From contig JBOFUD010000535.1 of the NCBI GenBank assembly GCA_051652385.1, positions 1 through 48,813 of the forward strand: a stretch of DNA of 48,813 nucleotides, given 5' to 3'. Origin of the DNA: Flavobacterium sp. GTDB taxonomy: Bacteria; Bacteroidota; Bacteroidia; Flavobacteriales; Flavobacteriaceae. Positions within the stretch are counted from its first letter, which is position 1, and each line of letters starts with the position of its first letter. The translations under genes were made by a program, and so were the position numbers. Positions 37,595 to 46,560 of this stretch are shown piece after piece. The notes under the pieces were generated by a model. It did not search any database. It had not been told where the DNA came from and saw nothing but the letters and a program-made list of their open reading frames with translations.

Positions 37595-37789
37595 TTATTT
37601 TAAATTAAGTTTAGGGGCTTTAGGTCTAAATTGAACACCAAAGGATTTTAAATATCGTCTTACTGAGCTGGGACTGATTTTATAATTAAATTCAGTTTCC
37701 CAATAAGATTGGATAAGTAAGATTGCGAGGGCTTTTGGTTCTGTTATGCTCCAAAGCTTTAAAATATGTTTTTTATGTTTGTTGTTCAT
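37595..37789 (-). CDS. Early protein, possible winged-HTH
   Basis: F.YKISPSSVRRYLK..G pattern. Confidence 0.5.
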   Translation of the reverse strand: MNNKHKKHILKLWSITEPKALAILLIQSYWETEFNYKISPSSVRRYLKSFGVQFRPKAPKLNLK

Positions 37790-37806
37790 TGTTTATTTTT
37801 AGTTGG

Positions 37807-38001
37807 TTAAATTAGAACCCAAGCACCTGCAACGCTATTAGGTTTAGGCTCTTCTTTTGCCCAGTTTTTCATTTCAAGCTTTCTATCTTTTATGGTTTTG
37901 CCAGCTTCTTTTTTGGTCTTAGTCAGATAAGTTTCAAAAATGTTTCCAGTTTTTGAAAAATATAAAACTGTTTTGTATCTTAAGTTTGGTTGTTTTTTCA
38001 T
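37807..38001 (-). CDS. Early hypothetical protein
   Basis: ATG 38001 preferred. Confidence 0.5.
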   Translation of the reverse strand: MKKQPNLRYKTVLYFSKTGNIFETYLTKTKKEAGKTIKDRKLEMKNWAKEEPKPNSVAGAWVLI

Positions 38002-38014
38002 AATTTTTAGTTTG

Positions 38015-38224
38015 TTAATTGTTAATAATTGCAATACCTTCCAAAGTGTCTTCATTAAAGGCTTCCTCTGATGATCCACCACAATCTTCAAAATCGCCAT
38101 CGATAGAGTTATCGCGGAAAGCTTCAATAGCTTTCATCTTTGCTTCTTGCTCAGAATTGGCTTTAATGTAAATTTTGTAATTCATTGGCTGCTTAACTGC
38201 CAAACTGATTCTAAATTCTTTCAT
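38015..38224 (-). CDS. Early hypothetical protein
   Basis: I.A.SE.EA..KA motif common in small phage early proteins. Confidence 0.55.
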   Translation of the reverse strand: MKEFRISLAVKQPMNYKIYIKANSEQEAKMKAIEAFRDNSIDGDFEDCGGSSEEAFNEDTLEGIAIINN

Positions 38225-38256
38225 AATTATTTTATTTTGAGTTGATAAAAAGGTTG

Positions 38257-38496
38257 TTAAAATCTTACAAATTCACAGTGAGCGTCTTGATATGCTTTGA
38301 ACATCTTTCTGAGATATTTTTTAGTTTCTTTATCTGCTTTTTCTGAATTGAAGCAAACCATTTGTGAATAACAATCAACTTTTTTGTTATTCACATAGAA
38401 GTTGATTATTGTTAAACTCCTAGCCCCTAAGCAGTCAATTACTTTGCAAGAGGTTATTGGAGAACTAAATGACCATTTTATTTTAAAATTTGACAT
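38257..38496 (-). CDS. Early hypothetical protein
   Basis: 79 aa. Confidence 0.5.
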   Translation of the reverse strand: MSNFKIKWSFSSPITSCKVIDCLGARSLTIINFYVNNKKVDCYSQMVCFNSEKADKETKKYLRKMFKAYQDAHCEFVRF

Positions 38497-38501
38497 AATT
38501 T

Positions 38502-38729
38502 TTAAAAGTTTGAGTTATTAAAGAGTTTGTTAAATTCTGTTTTGGTTTTAGAGCCTTCAAGTTGAAGAAGTAAAGCTTCAACTTTGTTGTTCATATCTTC
38601 GTGAACTTCGCCAAGTGAAGATACACCGAGCAAGGCTTCTAGCTCTTCCGCCATTTCGACAATGAGGAATGCTAAATTGCATTGATACTTTGATTTGTGC
38701 CCGTGAACGCAAGTATGTTTGTTTTTCAT
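38502..38729 (-). CDS. Early hypothetical protein
   Basis: H.C.H.H....C cluster near the N-terminus. Confidence 0.5.
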   Translation of the reverse strand: MKNKHTCVHGHKSKYQCNLAFLIVEMAEELEALLGVSSLGEVHEDMNNKVEALLLQLEGSKTKTEFNKLFNNSNF

Positions 38730-38733
38730 AGAT

Positions 38734-39195
38734 TTATTGTTCAATTTTGATTTCTAATTGTTCTAAAAACCATTTAGTTTTAGTGCTTAATTCATCCATT
38801 GTGATTCTTGCATCCAAAAGTTTTTGGGTTAATTCTGCAATTGCTTCTTGAGAATAGTCAAAAGAAGTTGCCATAAAATTTCCAGCAACTTCAATTGTTA
38901 ACCCTGAACCACTAAAATCATTAAGAAAATCATAATCAATTAAATCTGAAATATCATTTCGGGCTTCTTGCAGAATAGCATCATAAACAATGTAGACAGG
39001 GTCAATATCTTCTAAACTGCCACCACAATCATTTTGAAATTGTGTTATTTGCTCGTGAATCCAATCTGCATCCTCCTCAACTTCTAAAGCAGTGGTTAGA
39101 GCAGCTTGTAAATCAAGCCAACCATATGGGCAAAATAGGGCTTGTAATTCAGAAATTTGATTATTTAAGATTTGTTCGTTTTGTTCTTTTGTCAT
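38734..39195 (-). CDS. Early acidic hypothetical protein
   Basis: 153 aa, D/E-rich. Confidence 0.6.
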   Translation of the reverse strand: MTKEQNEQILNNQISELQALFCPYGWLDLQAALTTALEVEEDADWIHEQITQFQNDCGGSLEDIDPVYIVYDAILQEARNDISDLIDYDFLNDFSGSGLTIEVAGNFMATSFDYSQEAIAELTQKLLDARITMDELSTKTKWFLEQLEIKIEQ

Positions 39196-39221
39196 ATTTT
39201 TAGTTTTTTAAAGGTTAATAA

Positions 39222-39605
39222 TTAAATTAATTTATATTGTTGGTTATTAATGCCTTTATTATACCCGAATAGAGCACATTTGATGCCGTAAGTTAAGGAG
39301 AATACCATATCCATTCCACAACCATTAACAATGATTTGGTTGTTTTTATCTAATTTCTCAAAACCTGCTTTTTTTAAATACCAATTGAGTTTTATTAGCT
39401 CGTAACGAGCAACAATTTTTGATTCTGTCGAATCCTTTTTATATTCTCTTCTATTGACTTTACCAATTACAAATAAATCCATTTTTCTTGTCATCCCGCT
39501 TGCTGATACAGAAGCAATATTAACTATTAGTTCAGAGGTCGGTTTAATGACACTTTTAAGATATTTAATTGCGTCTTCTTTTTCTTGAGTTGTGATTTTG
39601 TTCAT
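39222..39605 (-). CDS. Early conserved-looking hypothetical protein
   Basis: SVS.SGM.R and V.GCGMDM motifs. Confidence 0.6.
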   Translation of the reverse strand: MNKITTQEKEDAIKYLKSVIKPTSELIVNIASVSASGMTRKMDLFVIGKVNRREYKKDSTESKIVARYELIKLNWYLKKAGFEKLDKNNQIIVNGCGMDMVFSLTYGIKCALFGYNKGINNQQYKLI

Positions 39606-39672
39606 AAAAATATTTTTATTTAAAGGTTAATAATTAGAAATAATATCTTGAGCGCAAGGTGTGTATTCTTCT

Positions 39673-39789
39673 TCAAACATAGTAAACTACAATTAAGATT
39701 ATTAAAAAGATGGCTAACACTAAAACAATTTTCAGTTCAGAATAATCTGGCTGATTTATTTCTTCTTCGAGTTCTTTGAAAGTTTTCAT
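39673..39789 (-). CDS. 38-aa membrane micro-protein, first gene after the early promoter (not in track)
   Basis: MKTFKELEEEINQPDYSELKIVLVLAIFLIILIVVYYV*. Confidence 0.5.
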   Translation of the reverse strand: MKTFKELEEEINQPDYSELKIVLVLAIFLIILIVVYYV

Positions 39790-39845
39790 AAAAATTACAT
39801 ATTTTTATTAATAAAGGATAATCAATCAATTTGATTATGAAGTAT

Positions 39846-39874
39846 ATATTAAACGATCAATTATCAATTGTCAA
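39846..39874 (-). promoter_or_regulatory. Sigma70-like promoter for the leftward early operon
   Basis: TTGACA-17 nt-TAATAT in the AT-rich divergent gap. Confidence 0.6.
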
Positions 39875-40146
39875 TAGCCATTTGCAAAATATTTTATAGG
39901 GCTTTGAACCATATAGATAAAGGCTTTAGGGGATTTAAGCAAAAATAATTTAAAAATAAATTAACATTATTTACAAAGATTTATTCAATGAAAAAAGAGG
40001 TATTTAAATTAAAAAAATGCTTGAAAACCTAGATTTTAATTGTCAAGATATTTATTGATAAAAAATAAAAATATTTTTATTTATTGACAAATGTCTGCTA
40101 AACTGCCAAAAAAGAGGACATTTGAAAAACTACAAATAAGAATGCA

Positions 40147-40419
40147 ATGTCAGATTGGACATACAACAACGGGTATTTTAGACGACCACGACTAGAGCGC
40201 GTGCCCATCGAAAAAGTAGAAAAACTAAGACAAGAATTTGGTTTAAAATATTTTCAGATGGCAAAATTGCTTGGGTTGACTCAAAAGCATTATTCCCGCT
40301 GCCGCGACAAAGGTGAGGTTGTCGCATTTAGATACTATGCGGCGCGTGATGCGCTTGATTGCAGCCTATTTGACCGCGTTAAAGATATGCTGGAGCAGTC
40401 AAAACGAATCAAAGATTAA
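40147..40419 (+). CDS. HTH DNA-binding protein
   Basis: LRQEFGL....MAKLLGLT...YSR. Confidence 0.6.
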   Translation: MSDWTYNNGYFRRPRLERVPIEKVEKLRQEFGLKYFQMAKLLGLTQKHYSRCRDKGEVVAFRYYAARDALDCSLFDRVKDMLEQSKRIKD

Positions 40420-40421
40420 AA

Positions 40422-40751
40422 ATGACAAAAAATTTTATTGAGACAGTAAAACAGATTAAAGAGCAGGGCAGCCAGTTTTTGGCGGAGCAGGCACAAGAAG
40501 ATAGCGCGCGTGCTTATTATGCTAAATTTATTTCACAAAAGGGTAAGATGGGGCGACCACGCAAGGATGAACTCTTTGAAACGTTGCACAAGGTAGCCAC
40601 TGACCCAGACAGGCGCGCGTGGGCTGATGCGATGGGGATGAGCTTAAAACTAATGGGTGAAGATAAGGTGAGCGACAGCAAACAAGGTAATCAACCAATT
40701 GCAATACAGATTAATATAAAAGGGCAGGAAGCTACAGCACATAAGGCTTAA
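40422..40751 (+). CDS. Putative terminase small subunit
   Basis: Helical protein, A...LKLMG, C-terminal PIAIQINI strand; upstream of the large terminase. Confidence 0.45.
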   Translation: MTKNFIETVKQIKEQGSQFLAEQAQEDSARAYYAKFISQKGKMGRPRKDELFETLHKVATDPDRRAWADAMGMSLKLMGEDKVSDSKQGNQPIAIQINIKGQEATAHKA

Positions 40752-40771
40752 AGAGATAAAAGGCTGTTCTT

Positions 40772-40799
40772 ATTTTACATAATGCGAATTATACAATTA
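40772..40799 (-). other. dif-like XerC/XerD recombination site
   Basis: TAATTGTATAA-TTCGCA-TTATGTAAAAT; 11-6-11 layout; right arm 10/11 identical to the XerD arm TTATGTTAAAT. Confidence 0.65.
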
Positions 40800-41015
40800 T
40801 TAATTTATAGGCTGTCGAGATATGTGGTTGTAGCCTCTAGTTGCTTTTACTTGAAAAAATGACATAAAAAATAAGCATTCTTTTTAGATCCTCACTTTAT
40901 ATGAGATAAGAAAAGTTTATGCCAGTTCGCGGTTTTACTAGCTCTGTGAGCTTTTTTGTTTGATTTCCTATAGCCTGTTTATTTTTTCCTAATTTTTTAA
41001 CTTACCAGACTTAAC

Positions 41016-41351
41016 ATGCCAAAGAAGCTACAACCATCAACCCAAAGAGAAAAGCCACAGTCGGCAGGGCTATCAGAAAAAAGCTTGAAAGGTGGAGCAG
41101 GCTTATCAGAAAAAAGCTTGAAAGGTGGAGCAGGGCCATCCCGCAAAAACAACTCTTATGAAGTAACAAAAGTCCTCAAAGAGCAAGGGTATACTGCTAA
41201 AGAGTTTGCAGAATATTTAGGCAAATCACCAGAACAGATGAGCTATTGGTTTAAACAAGGGGTGGACCAGTCATTAGAGAATAATATTATTTGTTTTTTG
41301 GCCCATAAAAAAGGAGTCGAGTTGACCATATCTGGAATTAAATTTACATAG
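41016..41351 (+). CDS. XRE-like HTH protein with an 11-aa duplication
   Basis: LKEQGYT.KEFAEYLGKS...MSYW; AGLSEKSLKGG twice. Confidence 0.6.
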   Translation: MPKKLQPSTQREKPQSAGLSEKSLKGGAGLSEKSLKGGAGPSRKNNSYEVTKVLKEQGYTAKEFAEYLGKSPEQMSYWFKQGVDQSLENNIICFLAHKKGVELTISGIKFT

Positions 41352-42779
41352 ATGGCAGTACAAGAAGTTAATATAGAATTACCAAACAAACTTCATTTCT
41401 TACTAGACAAGAAAGCCCGCTTCAAAGTTGCCAGAGGAGGGCGTGGCTCCGCCAAAAGTGGGTCTATTGCACGGGGCTTGAATGTCAGGGCTATTACTAA
41501 GCCATTGACCATCCTTTGCACAAGGGAGCTTCAAAATTCAATTGCTGACTCAGTGCATTCACTTCTTACTGACTGTGCTGAACAGATGGGAGTGTATAAA
41601 CTTTTTGATGTTACAGCCGCTACAATTCGCACGGCTAATGGTTCTAATTTTATTTTCAAGGGACTCAGAAATAATATCAGTGAAGTAAAATCTTTGCATG
41701 ATGTGGATATTTGCTGGGTAGAAGAAGCCCAAGGTATTTCCGGGAAGATTTGGGATATATTGATTCCAACCATTAGAAACAAAGATTCTGAGATTTGGAT
41801 CTCGTATAACCCTAATGAAGATACCGACCCGACTCATCAAAAATTTGGTAAGATTAATTTTCCATTCTGGGAAGAAAACCAGAAATATGAGAAAGGCAGA
41901 CTCTTAACTGATCCAGAATCAATACCAAGCAATTTTACAATCTGGGAATCAAGAAAAAATGACAATGATCAGCCACTAGGTGAGGGGGAGTTTTGGTCAA
42001 GATATATGATCTCAGTCGAAGTCAATTATGTGGACAACCCATTTTTTGAAGGGACGGAGCTGTATGCGGAGATGATGGCGAGTAAAGAGTTGAAGCCGGA
42101 AGAGTACAAAAATATTTGGCTGGGCCAACCAAAAAGCAGAAGTGATCTGCAAGTGTTTAAAGATAAATGGGTTGTTGACCCATTCATTACGCCGCCAGTC
42201 AGTGAGATGTATCACAAACGGATTTTCTTTGGCGCTGATTGGGGCACTATAGACCCAACGACCCTTATCAGGTGTTTTATCAAAGATGGAAAACTTTACA
42301 TTGACTACGAAGCGTGGGAAACTGGCACAGAGCTTAATGCAATTGATGGTTTATTTCAAACAGTGCCGGAGTCAAAGAATTGGAAAATTTATGGGGACAG
42401 TTCGCGGCCGGACATTATAAAACTGTTGCAAAATCAAAAGTACAAGATATTTTCAGTTAAGAAAACAACAGTTTCTCTCGACCCACTTGACAGACAAAAA
42501 GCAAAAGGGTACATTGAATCTGGTGTAGAATATATCCGAAATTTTGATAAAGTAGTGATCCACCCGCGATGTGTGAAAACAATCGAGGAATTTACTAATT
42601 TCAAGCATAAGATAGATAAAACTGGTATTATTTTACCAGAATTTGAAAGTGGCTTTGATCACCTTATTGATGCTTTACGCTACGCTTTGTCTGAGTATAT
42701 CAGCCGACCAAAAACTACAATGGCAGATATTGCAAGAGCCAAACAAGGACAAAGAATTATTAATCAACCAAAAATTTAA
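41352..42779 (+). CDS. terL: Terminase large subunit (PBSX-type)
   Basis: GGRGSAKS Walker A, RE.QNSI.DS, WVEEA Walker B, PTIR, GADWG, DH.IDALRYA. Confidence 0.95.
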   Translation: MAVQEVNIELPNKLHFLLDKKARFKVARGGRGSAKSGSIARGLNVRAITKPLTILCTRELQNSIADSVHSLLTDCAEQMGVYKLFDVTAATIRTANGSNFIFKGLRNNISEVKSLHDVDICWVEEAQGISGKIWDILIPTIRNKDSEIWISYNPNEDTDPTHQKFGKINFPFWEENQKYEKGRLLTDPESIPSNFTIWESRKNDNDQPLGEGEFWSRYMISVEVNYVDNPFFEGTELYAEMMASKELKPEEYKNIWLGQPKSRSDLQVFKDKWVVDPFITPPVSEMYHKRIFFGADWGTIDPTTLIRCFIKDGKLYIDYEAWETGTELNAIDGLFQTVPESKNWKIYGDSSRPDIIKLLQNQKYKIFSVKKTTVSLDPLDRQKAKGYIESGVEYIRNFDKVVIHPRCVKTIEEFTNFKHKIDKTGIILPEFESGFDHLIDALRYALSEYISRPKTTMADIARAKQGQRIINQPKI

Positions 42780-42782
42780 TTT

Positions 42783-42977
42783 ATGGCAATTCATATCGAA
42801 AATACGACCATTATTGATGGAATCACTGAAGACCAGCTTGGATCAATTGCGAAGGTATTAGAGCTCTTAGAGTTAGGTAACCAATTAATTGTTAACAAGA
42901 ATGGAAAAAAGATGCTTTTAAAATTAGTTGAAATTAACACAGAAGTGAAAAATGAAGACACAAATAAAGGACAGTAG
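42783..42977 (+). CDS. Hypothetical protein
   Basis: 64 aa between terL and portal. Confidence 0.5.
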   Translation: MAIHIENTTIIDGITEDQLGSIAKVLELLELGNQLIVNKNGKKMLLKLVEINTEVKNEDTNKGQ

Positions 42978-44421
42978 AGGCAATCTCATCCAGATCAAAA
43001 ATAATATACCTTCTAAAACCAAGAAAAATGGAATGTGGGATAATGTCAATTTGAATAACACTAATCTAAATGGTGTTTTTCCACAAGTTCAAGGTATTTC
43101 CAAAAATCAAGAAGTAGTACTTCGCGCCGCGGCCAATCCATTACTTATCTCAAATCAGAAAACTTTATTGTCTTATTTTTATAAGAATGTAGGGGTTGTG
43201 GCTGCGATGATTGATGCACCCGTGGATGATGCATTCCGTGGCGGGATAATTGTTAGCGCGGATGATGCAGAGTATGGTGATGGAAAAATTAAGGATATTC
43301 AAAAAGAGTTGCAATACCAAGCAGTAATGCAGACATATAACCAAGCCGAAAAATGGGCAAGGCTATTTGGTGGCGCGGGAATAATTATTGAAGTTATCAA
43401 AGCCAATGGGGATCCAGAAGACCCACGGTTAGAATTTAAGGTTGACAATCTGAAGAAAGGGGACAAAGTCAATTTCTACGCGGCAGATTTATGGGAATTA
43501 AACACTGTGTCAGTCAGCAAATATGGTGAGGATAAGCCATATATTGAAGATGATACCAATCCGTGTCCATACACCTACTGGGGGGTCAAACTCCATAAAA
43601 CACGAGTAATCAAAGTTTTTGGCAAAGAAGCGCCATCAATGATCCGATTGCAATTGCGCGGGTGGGGGATGAGTTTGCTAGAAAATATGATTGACCCAAT
43701 CGCAAATTATTATGAGTTGAACAATTTGACTTCAAATTACATCGACCAAGCAAAGATTGATGTCTTTAAATTCGCCGGAATGAATGATGCAATGGCAATG
43801 GACGGGCCAGAGGGGATGAATACCCTTTATGCAAAAGCTGCTACAGCCAATATGCTAAAAGGCATCAATAATGGTATGGCGATTGATACTGAGGATGACT
43901 ATGTGCAAAAACAAACAAGTTTTGCGGGATTGCCGGAGCTCAGAGAGCAGAATCGAATTGAGCTTGGCGCGAGTACCAGAATGCCATTAACGAAAACCTA
44001 TGGTATCTCATCACCATCATTCAATAATGGCGAAGATGGTCAGGAGAACTATATTGGGATGATTGAAAGTACGATTAGAACACCATCAGTGTTTAATTTG
44101 ATTGAGATTGTTAAGATTTTGTTTCAGGTGAAATTTGGTTCTTACCCGGTGGGTTTGGATGTAAAATTCCATCCGCTACGCATTTTAGGATCTAAAGAAG
44201 AACAGGATTTAAAATCCACCAAATTGGATGGCTACATTCGTATGTATGACAGGGGGTTGATTGGTAAAGATACTTTTATTGAGTTAAGTAATGCGAGTGG
44301 TTTAACGCCGTTCCCGTTAGATCCAAAAGCAAAGGTAGATTTAGCAGAACCACCACCACAAAAACCAACGCTTGATCTTTATGGGGATGATTCTAGGGAA
44401 CGCAATAAATTGGGTAAGTGA
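42952..44421 (+). CDS. Portal protein (DUF1073-like)
   Basis: IDAPVDDAFRGG, WARLFGG, LH.TRV, GWGMS.L, F.GL, P.TK..G.S; follows terL. Confidence 0.85.
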   Translation: MKTQIKDSRGNLIQIKNNIPSKTKKNGMWDNVNLNNTNLNGVFPQVQGISKNQEVVLRAAANPLLISNQKTLLSYFYKNVGVVAAMIDAPVDDAFRGGIIVSADDAEYGDGKIKDIQKELQYQAVMQTYNQAEKWARLFGGAGIIIEVIKANGDPEDPRLEFKVDNLKKGDKVNFYAADLWELNTVSVSKYGEDKPYIEDDTNPCPYTYWGVKLHKTRVIKVFGKEAPSMIRLQLRGWGMSLLENMIDPIANYYELNNLTSNYIDQAKIDVFKFAGMNDAMAMDGPEGMNTLYAKAATANMLKGINNGMAIDTEDDYVQKQTSFAGLPELREQNRIELGASTRMPLTKTYGISSPSFNNGEDGQENYIGMIESTIRTPSVFNLIEIVKILFQVKFGSYPVGLDVKFHPLRILGSKEEQDLKSTKLDGYIRMYDRGLIGKDTFIELSNASGLTPFPLDPKAKVDLAEPPPQKPTLDLYGDDSRERNKLGK

Positions 44422-44422
44422 G

Positions 44423-44815
44423 TTATTTGACCCTTTCAAACATTAGAGCATCATAAATGCTATTATCAAAAGAGAGGGAGGTGATACCGGTAAATTTATA
44501 TTTACCTTTAGGTAGTTTTTGACCAACAGCATAAAATCTATCTTTTTCGATTTTAACATAAATGATAGTGATATTGTTGTAAGTTGGGTAGTCATAACTG
44601 CCAACAGCATATAAGGCAACTTCATTATCAATATCTTTTTTGATAAAGGAAAATTCTTCATTTGGGAAAACTGGCGGCTTTTTTAATTCAGAAGCAAGAT
44701 CAGCTCCATCAGCCATAGCTTTTATAACAGAAGAAATAGTTCTTTCAGCAGCATTAGCAAGTGAGTTTGAGGACAGAAAAAGTGCAAAAGTGATCCAAAT
44801 TAGTTTGTTTTTCAT
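44423..44815 (-). CDS. Secreted/periplasmic protein on the opposite strand (moron-like)
   Basis: Signal peptide MKNKLIWITFALFLSSNSLANA; A-rich ATG context. Confidence 0.6.
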   Translation of the reverse strand: MKNKLIWITFALFLSSNSLANAAERTISSVIKAMADGADLASELKKPPVFPNEEFSFIKKDIDNEVALYAVGSYDYPTYNNITIIYVKIEKDRFYAVGQKLPKGKYKFTGITSLSFDNSIYDALMFERVK

Positions 44816-44833
44816 AAAAAATATTATTATTGA

Positions 44834-45023
44834 TTGACAAAGTTCTAAAAAATAGTAAGTTTGGAAAATATTGGCAAAAAAATACCGATGGCGCGAATTG
44901 CGCTTTTAAAATATTTTAATTTGCCTTTTTAGGCTTGTTTCCCCAGAGCTTCCTACTAAACACAAGAAACCTTAAGGGAAACAAAACTAAAAGTCAACAT
45001 CAAATATTAAAATATTTTAATTT
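44834..45023 (+). promoter_or_regulatory. Head-operon promoter with a structured leader and two palindromes
   Basis: TTGACA 44834 and TAAGTTTG 44856; TTAAAATATTTTAA at 44906 and 45007; TTGTTTCCC/GGGAAACAA stem. Confidence 0.5.
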
Positions 45024-45026
45024 CTT

Positions 45027-46043
45027 ATGAGTAAAGGATTTGAGCCTCAAACTTTTACCGCGAAATTTTTATACAAAGGTGTTGCGGTTTATAAAGAAGA
45101 AAACGTTTTAATTAACACCTACATAGAAGACATCGCTAATACCTTCATCGGTGCAAATGTCACTATTGGGCATGTATATGATGAATTAAAGAAAGGTGAT
45201 CCACGAATTGTTGGAACAGTAGTTAAGGTTTTCTGTAATAAAGAAGGTTTTACAACCAAAGATGGTAAATTTATTGAAGCAGATTGTGATTATTATGCAG
45301 ACTTTGTTCTGTTTAATGAAGCAGCAATTAATAGCTGGAGAATGATGGGTTTTGTTTCATGTGCCTACACTGTTTTAGAAGCAGAAGGTGGTGGAACATA
45401 CATCAATGGGCCATATAATTCGGAAATAAAAAGAGTGAGAGCAGATGAATTTGCTATTGTCTCAAGCCCGCGTTATGAGGATTCTAAAATTATTAAAAAT
45501 AGCAACGAACCTAAAATTGAAATTATGGATATTAAAAATGGAGTTAAGTCTGAATCAAATGCTTTCACAGCACTAGAAAAAGCACTCGATGTAATTGGCT
45601 TAAAATTTAGCAATTCTAAAAAGTCTAAAGCTAATGATCAAGCTTATGACGAAGATAAAAAAATGGATGAGATGAAAAATGATAAAGGTCGCATGATTAA
45701 TGGAGAATTGGTAGCATATGGTGATTTAGAGAATTGCTGGAAAAATTCTGTAGCAGCTAAGAAAAATGCAGAAGATGAAGAAGAAAAAGCAAAAGAAAAA
45801 AAGAATGCTGAAGATGAGAAAGAAGAAAAAGAGGCTAAGAAAAATGCAGAAGATGAAGAAGGTGATGTTGAAAATTCTAAAAAAAATGATGACAAAGAAG
45901 AAAAAGAGGAAGTTAAAGAAAACTCTAAAAAGAAAAACTCTTCTACCCCAATTGGTGATGCTAGAAATAGCTTTGCTAATGAGTCTAAAAGCGTTGGATA
46001 TTTAAGCCCGTCAGCATTGGCGAGAGAAATGTTTGACAAATAA
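45027..46043 (+). CDS. Prohead protease / scaffold (DUF2213-like)
   Basis: VTIGH, VSCAY, AIV..PRY; acidic/basic low-complexity C-term with KKN repeats. Confidence 0.75.
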   Translation: MSKGFEPQTFTAKFLYKGVAVYKEENVLINTYIEDIANTFIGANVTIGHVYDELKKGDPRIVGTVVKVFCNKEGFTTKDGKFIEADCDYYADFVLFNEAAINSWRMMGFVSCAYTVLEAEGGGTYINGPYNSEIKRVRADEFAIVSSPRYEDSKIIKNSNEPKIEIMDIKNGVKSESNAFTALEKALDVIGLKFSNSKKSKANDQAYDEDKKMDEMKNDKGRMINGELVAYGDLENCWKNSVAAKKNAEDEEEKAKEKKNAEDEKEEKEAKKNAEDEEGDVENSKKNDDKEEKEEVKENSKKKNSSTPIGDARNSFANESKSVGYLSPSALAREMFDK

Positions 46044-46068
46044 TTATTAACATTCAATTTAAACAAAT

Positions 46069-46539
46069 ATGCCTACTAACGGGACTTTAAATTTAAACCA
46101 AGCATTTACCAATGTCATCAAAGGTCAAATTGCTCAAGGTACTAACACTAACAGACAATCAGTAAAAATCCTTTCAACTTCAGTAGCCGCCTTTGGTGCT
46201 GCTACAGCAGTTAAGATTGTAGATGGCACAAGCCCAGTAATTGAAGTGGAAAAAGCAGCTGCAACAGATGCTATTTTTGGATTCATTACTTATGACCCAG
46301 TTGATAACTCTCCAATTGCAGGCGATTTGGTTCAAATTGCTTTAGCAGGTGTTGAGATGTATATGGAAGCCGGTGCAGCTATTGTAAGAGGTGCAAAATT
46401 AGAGATTGTAGCGACTGGGGATAAGGTCATTACTTCCGCTGGTACTAACAAAATTGTTGGTCTAGCACTTGATAAAGCTGCCGCTTCAGGTGACATTATC
46501 AAAGTACTAATTTTAGAACCACTTATTGCTCAATTATAA
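46069..46539 (+). CDS. Capsid cement / decoration protein
   Basis: MEAGAAI.RGA.L...IVG.ALDKA...GD.I.V; immediately before the major capsid gene. Confidence 0.75.
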   Translation: MPTNGTLNLNQAFTNVIKGQIAQGTNTNRQSVKILSTSVAAFGAATAVKIVDGTSPVIEVEKAAATDAIFGFITYDPVDNSPIAGDLVQIALAGVEMYMEAGAAIVRGAKLEIVATGDKVITSAGTNKIVGLALDKAAASGDIIKVLILEPLIAQL

Positions 46540-46560
46540 TAACTCAAATTTCAACATAAT

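Noticed and set aside
39900-40980. Recurring AGGCT(G/T) motifs around the divergent gap and dif-like site
   Set aside because: Short and irregularly spaced; I could not define a convincing consensus by eye.
41859-41996. Intein in the terminase
   Set aside because: Too short, and lacks the C/S start and HN-C/S/T end.
42952-44421. Anti-CBASS Acb1, a label often attached to this family
   Set aside because: Size and position after terL indicate a portal, and I see no separate phosphodiesterase domain with paired HxT motifs.
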